DNA of 64,000 nt from Antedon mediterranea (lineage: Eukaryota; Animalia; Echinodermata), in the NCBI RefSeq assembly GCF_964355755.1, contig NC_092678.1, forward strand, positions 18,865,365 to 18,929,364, given 5' to 3'. Both the position numbers and the translations under genes were made by a program. Position 1 is the first letter of the stretch; each line of letters opens with the position of its first letter. Positions 1-11,432 of this stretch are shown here, piece after piece. The notes under the pieces were generated by a model. That model did not search any database, was not told the origin of the DNA, and saw nothing but the letters and a program-made list of their open reading frames with translations.

Positions 1-419
1 GATATTCCATATTGTGTTTGTGAGTATACAATGACAACAATGCATCAGCTGATTATACATTGTGTACGTGTTTTATATAGACAGACACGATGCAAAGCTG
101 TTTCCATAAAACCCAGCCTCAAATACTCCCTACCTCTCTCAAACCTACAATAAAACTTTGATGAACTCCAAGTCTACGAATATAATTAAGTAACTATTCT
201 ATCTATGAATATTTGTGTATTTATCTACTACTAATACAAGCATCCCTTAGTCTATATAAATTAATATTTGGAGATAAAACGACATAATATATGATTTGTT
301 ATCAGTATTTTTAATAACATCACCACAATCAACGTAAACCTTAAATGATGTATATTTCTATACAACCTGTATGATCAGCCGTAAATCATCCAGTACATGT
401 GTAGGTATTAACAATACTA

Positions 420-640
420 ATATTGATGATGATGATTATATTAATTGATGATAATATTGATATTGATGATGATATTGATATTGATGATGGTGTTGATATT
501 GATGATGATGATGGTGGTGTTGGCGATGGTGATGGCGACGACGATGACGATGGCAGGATAACAAAGACGACGACGACAATGATAACAATAAACAATAAAA
601 CAATAAACAATAAAACAATAAGACAATGAGACAATGAGAC
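420..640. repeat. Compound microsatellite (GAT/GAC/ATT, ACAATAA)
   Basis: Low-complexity trinucleotide and heptamer runs. They explain the overlapping ORFs at 386-723. Confidence 0.9.
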
Positions 641-946
641 ACGATAATCTTAAAATAACTAATAACTAATAAAAGATAACTTACGATCAAAATAATTAAG
701 GTTAAAATGTCGCAATAAACCAATAAAACGATTATTACAAAAATAAAATTTACAACAATTACGGAACCAGATGAGTAAGGTGCGTTTTAAACTTTGAAAT
801 AATGTGTATACATTACCGTTTATCTTATTCATCATCACCTTCTAAACTTGTCTAAATCAATTGTTGATATTTTCTAAAACGGTCTACCATTGCAGGCTTA
901 TTCTCAAAAGATTAAACTAGTTTGGCTTTAATTATTTAATTATTAG

Positions 947-1138
947 CTACAAGATGTAACACACCACCAACTATAATTACCAACGGAATAGTAGTAGGAT
1001 CTGGAATTTCTGAGAATACCGACATTGGTATATATTGCAATAAGGATTTTCATATTCCATATACTATGGATGACAGACAGGTCAGTGTTTGCTTAGAGGG
1101 TCAGTGGGTTCCAGCAATACCTAGAGGATGCATCAAAC
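947..1138 (+). CDS. Gene 1 exon: Sushi/CCP domain
   Basis: Phase 1-1 exon, TRCNTPPTIITNGIVVGSG...IYCNKDF...VCLEGQWVPAIPRGCIK. Shows the 4-Cys/Trp CCP pattern, an AG acceptor and a GTAAGT donor. Confidence 0.8.
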
Positions 1139-4100
1139 GTAAGTGACACTACACTTTCACCTTTTATTTCGAAACAGATCTTGCAATGATGACGTTTAAA
1201 AATAAATCCTACTCTATAAATCTCACAGGCGGCAATCATAATATTTTGAGTCACGTAAACACAAACACCAAAATAAATGTTAAAAAAAAAATCATCATTA
1301 TTTTAAATAATTGTTTTTAAATAAGATTCAAACTACAACCGTTCTGTCATGTTATCATAATTTTAATGAATGAAATGAAAAATAAAGAAAATTCAGTCAA
1401 AAAGTGTAGGCCAATAGTAATTTGAGTTCACATTTATAAATCAGGTGTAATTTCCATCTACACATTATAGCATTAACCCCCAGCCTTGTTTTATTCTTAC
1501 GTCATTTATATATTCGGTTATGTAAAGACGTAAATTTATTTATTATCTATTTATTCATTCCATCTTCTACAGATTAATACAATAATTGAATACTTCTGCA
1601 ATAATAATAATAATAACTATTTCATTGTTATTCTCACTTGTTTTGTTTTTGTTTATTTTTTTTTTGCTTATTTTTTCTCCATTATGTGATATGATCAGAA
1701 ACAATTTAATCAATGTTTTAAGTCTAGTAGTTCACTATGTCGGTCGGTTGGTCTGTCGGTCTGGCGGTATGTCGGTCTGTCTGTCGGTGCGGTATCACTA
1801 TGCGTTTTATCGCTTTTCTGTACTTTTTGAACTGTTTTGATGTACAGACAAGGAATGTTTAGTAAATCTCAAAATCACACCTGTATCACTCACCTTCAAA
1901 GTATGCAAATTATTAGTACAAGTTACATGAAATATGCAAATTAGGGGGTGAAATTACAGGTTCCTATATGTATCGAAAACCGCTAAGGTAGAGAGTTTAT
2001 TTTTTCAAAAACTTGTTCAGAATGTACATATTTATATTTGCTCTAATGAAACATTTTACGAAAAAATGACCGAAAATACAACAATTGACCCTTGACCCTA
2101 TTTATCCATGTTTGCATACAAAATGCGACTAAAATGTCTAGATAATTTTTTTGGACTCAAATGACTCGGATACAGTTTTCTTATCGTCAGCATAGGACCT
2201 CTTTGTAATTCCCAAAATCACATCTTTGTCACATACCTTGAAAGTATGCAAATTATTAGTACAAGTTACATGAAATATGCAAATTAGGGGTGGAATTACA
2301 GTCTTCCCATATCTCGAAAACCATTAATGCTAGAGAGTTGATTTGAATTCAGAGTTGATTCAGAATGTACATATTTATATTCGCTGTAATGAAACATTTT
2401 ACGCAAAAACTGTCTTGATTGAATTATGACATTTGACCCTTGACCCTATTTCTCAATATTTTCATATAATTCAACTAAAATATCTGTACAGACTGTTTTG
2501 GCCTCAAATGACTCAGATACAGGTTTTCTATAGCCAGCATAGAACTGTTATTAATTCTCAAAATCACACATTTGTTACTTCCCTAGAAAATATGCAAATT
2601 AGTAGTACAAGAGGTGAAAGTTGCCATATCTCTATCGGTCATTAGCGTTTTTCGAGATACATAAGGCTGTAATTTGCATATTTCATATAACTTGTACTAA
2701 TAATTTGCATACTTTCGAGTTGCTTGACTTTTGGAATTACTAAACGATCCTATACTGGCTATATAAAACCTGTATCCAAGTCATTTGAGGCCAAAACAAA
2801 GTCTGTACATACATTTTAGTTGCATTAATAATGACCCAGATACAGGTTTTCTATAGCCAGCATAGAACTGTTTAGTAATTCTCAAAATCACACCTCTGTT
2901 ACTTCGCTTGAAAGTATGCAAATCAGTAGTACAAGAAAGTTGCCATATCTCTCTCTCGGTCATTAGCGTTTTCGAGATACATAAGGCAATTCACTGTAAT
3001 TTGCATATTTCATATAGCTTGTACTACTAATTTGCATACTTTCGAGGTGCTTGACTTATACTGGCTATATAAAATCTGTATCCGAGTCATTTGAGGCCAA
3101 AACAAAGTCTGTACATACATTTTAGTTGCATTATATGCAAATATTGAGAAATAATAATAATGATATCCTGGATTTATATAGCGCTTAATGTTGTGAAACC
3201 TCTAAGCGCTGTACATAAACTAATACGAAAAAAGGGAATTCCAACCATGCCAAAATGAAGGCGTGATTTGGGGAATTACAAAGCGGTCCTATGCTGACTA
3301 TAGGAAACATGTATCCGAGTTATTTGAGTTCAAAACAAAGTCTCTACAGACATTTTAGTCGCATTATGTATGCAAACATTGAAATGGGGTCGAGGGTCAA
3401 TTGTTGTATTTCCGGTTATTTTTTCGAAAAATGTTTCATTAGAGTAAATATAAATATGTACATTCTGAACAAGTTATTGAAAAAATCAACTCTCTAGCTT
3501 TAGTGGTTTTTGATATATAGGAACCTTTAATTTCACCCACTAATTTGCATATTTCATGTAACTTGTACTAATAATTTGCATACTTTGGAGGTGAGTGATA
3601 CAGGTGTGATTTTGAGATCTACTAAACAGTACTATGTTGGCTATTAGAAACCTGTATCGGAGTCATTTGAGGGTAAAACAAAGTCTCTACAGACATTTTA
3701 GTTTCATTTATATATGCAATATTGAGAAATGGGGTCGAGGGTCAAATGTCATACTTCCGGTAAATTTTTTGTAAAATGTTTCATTGGAGCAAATAGAAAT
3801 ATGTACATTTTGAATACGGCTGTGAAAAAATCAGCTCTCTAGCATTAGTGGTTTTTGAGATATAGGACAACTGTAATTTTTTCCCCTTATTTGCATATTT
3901 TATTTAAATTGTACTACTAATTTTCATACTTTCGAGGTGTGTGACAAAGGTGTGATTTTTGGGAATTACAAGGTGATCCTATGCTGGCCATTAGGAACCT
4001 ATGTCTGGGTCATTTGAGGGCAAAATAAAGTCTCTACAGACATTTCAGTCACATTGTATATGCAAACATTGAGAAATGGGGTCGAAGGTAAAATGTTGTA

Positions 4101-7100
4101 CTTCCGGTCATTTTTTCGTAAAATGTTTCATTAGAGTAAATATAAATATATACATTTTGAATAGATCAGTGAAAAAAATCAACTCTCTCTGACTAGTAGT
4201 TTTTGAGCTATTGTAACCCTGTAATTTCACCCTAATTTGCATATTTAAGCTAATTTGCATATCATCGGGATGAGTGACAGAGGTGTGATGCTCAAATTTG
4301 ATCTCCTCATCACATATGACCATTTAAAAAAGAAAAATCTCTGTTTACAATTTGTTTCACTTTGGGCTGTTTTTTTTGCTAGATTGACTAGCCTATTGGA
4401 CCAACTTTAAAGACTATGTAAATTATCATTAATAAAAATACAGTAGGGCCTAGTTAGCAACTAACTACACATCTGAGACAGCTATTAAGGTAACCAAGAA
4501 CGTGTTTTTATTAAACATTAAAACATTATTGTACAGTATGTTAAAACAAAGTGTGATTCTCCTACTTGTACCCTATCTGCATAAATGTTTACAATTTGTA
4601 ACAACTTGTTGCAAGGTTTTATCTCCTGATTTATTACCCGTTTTCATACTCGCGCATGCAGTAATAACATGATTTAGGCGAACGTTTTCTAAATATGTTT
4701 TATTTTTAATGGCTATGAATACAATTTCATATTTAACACAAATCTTTATCTCTTTATCTACTAGTCATAATCAAGCAAGACAATACAGTAACAGAACTTG
4801 AATGTAATGTGTTTAATTATAATAGGCCTACCAGCTGGTCAGTTGTCAGAAATGATATTTCCTTTTAAATTTGGGAAAAAGTTATATTAAATTAAATACA
4901 AATAGGGATGCTGATGAAGTTAATACCAATTTAGTGTCTACGGCCAATAATTACCAAATTAACTCTAGATTGGGTCAAATGTCAATAATAAGATTTCTGG
5001 TTAATTTTGTAAAATAAGTTCTATTAAGGTAAATAATATTTCATTTCATTTAATTTATTTTTGTCTCATAAAAATACAATATATAAACAAAAACATGGAC
5101 AAAGAACAAAAAACCAGGCAGAGACAGGATTCCTAAAAAGCGAACTTAATCACTATCTAGTAGGTCTCCTATTGCAATGATTGTATAAAAAACATTTATA
5201 ATAAAATTTGTATTAACATTAAAAATGCATATAATACTATATCTATATATAAATTTACGTAAGGGTAAAATTCGGTAAATCGCGCGTTATTTCTAGAATG
5301 TTTACTCGATGGTATATAAAGTTGGTTCGTACTTTCGGTACTGATTTTAACCACCAGATGTAACCCTGTTTACTAATTAAATTGAGTTCGATAATTAGTT
5401 ATTGACGATTAAAACGAATTTAGGTTCAACGATTTGCCCCAAATAGGGGTGTTTTTCGATTGTGGTATACACTGGCTAATGGATGTCCGTCTTGAAAAAT
5501 ACCCGCAGACAATAATACGAGGATGCTTCGCATTTTCCTATCTCCTCCTACGATAATTGTTTTTAATGGCTGAAAACCGGTTGAACAGCTCGAGTAGAGC
5601 ATCATAATGTTGAAGACAGGCCGATTTTTAAAAAAAAAAATACTATTTTGATAAATTTAATATACGTTTATACAAATGTATTGATTTGCGATGAATGGAA
5701 CATTCCAATCTCTGTTCCACAAGTGTCTATTCCCTCAGGCGTCGTAAAGGCAAGTACTGTATACTCATAACAGAAATTCGATCCATTTTTTTTTTCAATC
5801 TGTGCAGCAGTGGTTGGATATACATTTTTTTTAAACGGATAATGAGCTAGAGTTTTCACTCGCCGTGTATTATGTACTAATCTTTATTATTGCAATTAAA
5901 CTACCCACATCATCACCCTTCTCTCACTGGCATGAGTAGCGTTGTAAAACCAGTAGACGATAGGCCTACGGTACATCACATGCCCTAAACGCAGAACAAC
6001 TTTGGTGGGTAGGGTAGGAACCAACTTAAGTATGAATTGGCTCTAAGAAACAATTGAAAACCATTAGGCCTACTTATTAAGTTGAGTTAGATAATTTAAT
6101 ATTTATTGACGATTAAATCGAATTTATGGTTTTCCCCGAATAGAGGTGGTTTTCACAAATTGTTTTACATTATATAAACATATACACATGTACTGTACTA
6201 TTTCAATCGACTTGGACGGTGATAGTTTCAACAAAGTATTACATCGCAATGTTTTACTGTGTTTAGTGGTATATTATTTGTAAAACATGAAAACAATTAA
6301 TATTTCGTTACTAAATAGATAAAGAATATATTTAAAAATTGTTCCTCTTTGCACCCATCCTCTTTCCCATCCCTCAACCCTAATGTTACATACAAAACAC
6401 AAATTAAGTTTGTTTAAATTTGACTTAAACCATTGGTCTCATTTTGTGACAAGTTTCTCTTTCGGAAGTAATTCCCAGGGTGCTAATTTTAGTTGAGTAC
6501 ATAAATCACATTGTCTATTTATTCGTTCCTGTAAACGACATGTATTTGTCCTGCGGTACGTACATTTGAAATCGCCAGTTTTTTAACGCTGAAATTATTA
6601 TGTATTCGAGAACCATCTAGTCAAAATAATTTAAAATATATTGCAATATCATTAAAAATCGTCAATACATACCAAAAGCTTACTTAAAATAAATTTTAGG
6701 CTTATTTATAAAAGTCTTAATACCTGTATTTAAAATTAATGAAAGATTAATATTTAAATAAATAAATAAATAAATAAATATAAACATGAATATTCTGAAC
6801 AAATTGAGACCAGTTTGAGGATCAATTGGTCATAAAACAATATTTCCGGTCATTTTTTGGAGAAAAAAAATGCCATTAGAGTAAATATAAATGTCTATAT
6901 TATAAACATGTTTAGACCAAATATAAATATCTAACATTTTGAACAATGGCTGCTAAAAATGTCCTCTCTGAGTTGGAACTAATTGATATAATAGTTGACA
7001 TGTTTCTGAGCACTTTGGCGGAAAAAGCTATTGGTAAGCAATCTTTTCCTAGATTTGTGAAACATTTTGCAAACAAGCCCTAACTAATTGTTATACAATC

Positions 7101-10100
7101 TTTTAAGCCAAGACATTTTTAAAGATTTAACCTGTGACCTGAAATCAGGCGCTTTAACACCGCCACATTGATATTCGTTTATACGAACTAATCTTTTAAC
7201 CTTTCTTTTTTTACCATCCCACAAAAAGTCAACAATTATGCTATCAACACGTTTTAGAAAACTTCCAGGTGTGTGTATAATACTTGCAATAGTTGCAAGA
7301 AGTTTCGCCATGTCAAGTTTCTTTAATATAATTACTTTTCATAACTAGAGATGTAAGAGCAACTGGTCTTAAACCGTATAATTGCTTAGCACTATTATTT
7401 TTGGGTACTAGAATTATAGTGGATTTTTTCCATAGTTTCTGGCATAACTTTAGCGAGGACTGGAAGAGGTGTTGAAGAACACCACATAGTTGGTCCGAAC
7501 AAAAAAATAACGTTTTACTCTCAACCCCACTCTTATTTACACTTAATTTTCGTAAAAACGTTTCTATGTGATTTTTTTAAATATTATTCTTTCTATTTGT
7601 ATTATTTTTAATATTATTGTGTGGAACTTGGACCCGTCTTATTTCATTTAACACCTGATTTTAAAATCTTTAATAAAAATCGCCAAGCGCATCGGGTAAC
7701 AAGTTATCAGTTACATGATCAATATGTATTTCTTGCTTAACTCTATTTTTAGAATGTATAGAAGCCAAATTTTCTTTTACAGCTCACTATGTCTGTCGGT
7801 TGATTGGTCGGTTGGTAGGTCGGTCGGTCGGTCGTTAAACACTAATTTGTATATGACCTTGACTTGATATCAGTTTCATCTAGCTAAGTCAATTTTTTAC
7901 AGTATATTCCTTATGGCCAGGAATCGATGTGGTTATTTTTTCAGATTCAGATTTCTGTTTTACAGCCTTTTCTTTAATAACAATTATCATCATAATTATT
8001 TGATTCACTTTTCAACTCGAAATTACGTTATACGAGCACGTCAAAAGTGGTGGTAAAAATATACTAAATTTTAAAATGAATATAGATCGTCAGAATGCTC
8101 GGGAATACCTATTTTGCATTTCATTTTCTTAAAGTGTATCATATGTATGATTTTATTATGAAACGAAATAAGAAGCTTAGAGACATAACAGCTTCCTCAA
8201 TATGTTGTTTCCAGGATCGCCGACATCTGAGTTCTTAACTTTCCATGCCATTTTGTTTGCATTTTTTTAAATTGTTCCAAGAGCGCCAATTACGATTGGA
8301 CCCTTCATTTCTTTACAATAGTAATATCAGGTCGATTGTGTTTTAATTTCTTATCCGTGTAAACTATTATGTCTCAAGTAATTCGAATTTTTTTTTTACA
8401 GAAACGAATACATAGACACGATGATTTATGTAGTCAACTAAAATTAACACCCTGGGAATTACTTCCGAAAGAGAAACTTGTCACAAAATAAGTCCAATTT
8501 TTGTAGTTGGACTTAGTTTATACAAACTCAATTTGTGTTTTGTATGTAACATTATGATTAAGAGATGGGGAAGAGGATGGGTACAAAGAGGAACATTTTG
8601 TTAATATATTCTTTATCCACTCAGTAATCAAATATTTTGTTCATGTTTTATAGGCCTATAAATAATATACCATTAAATACAGTAAAACAACGATTTTATA
8701 AATTGTTAAAACTGTCACTGTCATATTCGATTGAAATAGTAAAGTACATGTAACGATACACCACTACAACGTTTATATTTATTGTAATTGTTAATTAATA
8801 CAAACGTTGAGAAGCAACTGCCAGTAATAAGGTTTATTTGTATGTTATGTGTTTATAATCTAACAGTAGGGCCTACCCACACTCACAGTAATAAAGTGTG
8901 TATGTATATATGTTTATATTATATCTAACAGTACCTACACTCACAGTAAGAAAGTTGCGATTCAAATGGCAAAAAGTGGTTAATACGTATTTACAGTATT
9001 GTCAAAGTATTGCAATACTATATCTAAGGGTTTATCCCACAACGGCCCATACATTTACCTACTTGTGTTAAACCAAATAATTATCCTGGGATACTGACTG
9101 ATTGGAATGTTCCATTCATCGCAAATCAATACATTTGTATAAACGTATATCAAATCTATCAAACATTATGATGATGTACTTGAGCTGTTCAACCGGTTTT
9201 CAGCTATCAAAAATTATTGTAGAAGCATGCTCGTATTATTGTGTGCAGGTATTTTTCAAGATGGACATCCTTTAGAGAGGGTATACGGTACCACGATCGG
9301 AAAACAATCCTATTTGTGGCAAATCCTTGAACCTAAATTCGTTTTAATCGTCAATAACTAATTATCTAACTCAATTTAATTAGTAAACAAGGGTACATCA
9401 GGTGGTTAATATCAGTACCAAAAGTACGAACCAACTTATATACCATCGAGTAAACATTCTAGAAGTAACGCGCGATTTACCGAATTTTGCCCTTACGTAA
9501 ATTTATATATAGAAGCCAACTTAGCGTAATAGTATCGTATATTCTCTCTTTCTTCGTTATTTCTATACTTCTTTTATATCCATTGACTAGTTCCTACTAT
9601 AAAGCATTGTATTATGTAATATCACATTTTTTTCAAAAGATTAAAACTTCACATTATTTTGGCAGATCTTGCTTGTCCTCTTGATATAACTAAAGGTGCG
9701 TTAAACTCAGACCAAGTTCCTGTTTTATGGATTAACCTGACTGTTACTGACAGTGTTGGTATAGGTCTGACAGCTACTTGTACTCCACCTTCTGGTTCAT
9801 TTTTCAAATTCAATTCAACTATTGTTATCTGTTCCGCTATTGATAGAGCTGGAAATACTGATAATTGTACTTTTAAAGTTAATGTCACTGGTAAGTGTTG
9901 AATTCCTATCTACTCTTTAAAACTACTACCCCATCAAGATAACCATCCAATATCCCAGGTTAATTCTCTATTAACGTCGTCCTGTTCTTCTGTGCTTACT
10001 TTGAATGTATTGTGATTTTAGGAGTGTAAATGAAAAATGAACACTATTCATTGTAATAATATCCATTCAGTATAAAATTCATTTTTAATAGCTACCTTAT

Positions 10101-11396
10101 GACAATCCTAATTTCAAAAGATAATAAATACATTGAAATATTATTATTATTATTGTTGAATTGTTAAATTCAATAAATTATTTTACTGCAGATATCAGTG
10201 CAACGAACCCTTGTACCAATGGAGGCATTGTTTATCAGCCTGATGAAATGATTTTTGAAATTCAAACTGTAACCGATGGCTTTTATTGCGCATGTCCACC
10301 TGGTTTCAGAGGTCTTACTTGTACTGGAGAAATTGGTTTGTTACTTTTACATTTGTATCCAATATCTATGCGTTCTTGTGAACCATACACCGCCGCCAAG
10401 AATGCTAATAGCTAATTAATTATACCTTCTTGATAATGTGATGTCCTGCCATTATAAAGTAACTAACAGGTGGTATACCCGCCTCAGAGACAGAGTTTCA
10501 AGTGTAATTTAAATACGTCCCGATACAATCACGATCATTGTGATACCTCAATATCCCAATGCTGCTTCACTATCTCTCACTTACGCACCCACTGCTCCAC
10601 CCCCTCCTTCCCAACACATACCACACGTAAGTGATGTTTTTAACTATACCTTCTCGGAACAAATTCCGGTAATGTTGATATCCCATTGTTCATCTTAATT
10701 ACAAATTGTTTATCTTTTGAATTGGTTTTAAAATGAATTCTACATAAGTTTAGAAATTTTTATTTAATTATTTTTTTATGTATTTTAATATTTTTACAAG
10801 TTCTACACTTTCAGTGGGGATATGTATTGTTATCTTTTTAGAATATTTGATTTAATTTCTTTTTATAGTTGAATGTAGTCGCAATGAATTTACCTGTGGA
10901 AGCGGTGAATGTATCTCACTTAGCAAGATGTGTGATAATGTACAGTATGACTGTGCAGATAACTCAGATGAACCAGACGAATGTCAAAATAAGAAAGGTA
11001 CATTTTGAAACCCGGGATTTAGCTTTCAATGATTCACCAAGTAATACGTATTTAAAAAACCGTTGCGAATTAAAGTTGGAATTTATTCTGACTTGTTAAG
11101 CCTCCACTGATTGTGAGGGCGTTTGTTGTATGAGAGAATGTATCTGGTGGGTGAAAATCTGTGATAATACCATACATGGCTCTGTGGTCTAGTGGTATGA
11201 TACTCGCCCTGTAAGCGAGAGGTTGCAGGTTCGAATCCAGCCAGAGACATTTTTTCATAAAACTAAAAAATATGGAACTTTCGCCAATGAGCTATGCTCG
11301 ACGCGATTATGAGATCATGTTCCGAATATGAGCACTGTTTCTATAATTTACAGTATGATTTATATATAATTTACACAGTGCTACGCAACATCATTG

Positions 11397-11432
<36 letters not shown>

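Noticed and set aside
386-723. Four overlapping ORFs with poly-D/H/S/I
   Set aside because: They are translations of a compound microsatellite, with no splice or domain support.
1860-4300. CRISPR-like or prokaryotic repeat array
   Set aside because: Units are ~345 bp with no unique spacers, there are no cas genes, and the context is eukaryotic.
5668-5859. Conserved small ORF repeated at 35050-35265
   Set aside because: It lies in two recent Helitron copies that differ by indels, and shows no domain signal.
11178-11249. Functional tRNA-Thr(TGT) gene
   Set aside because: Acceptor and T-stem mismatches and C33; kept only as a tRNA-like sequence.
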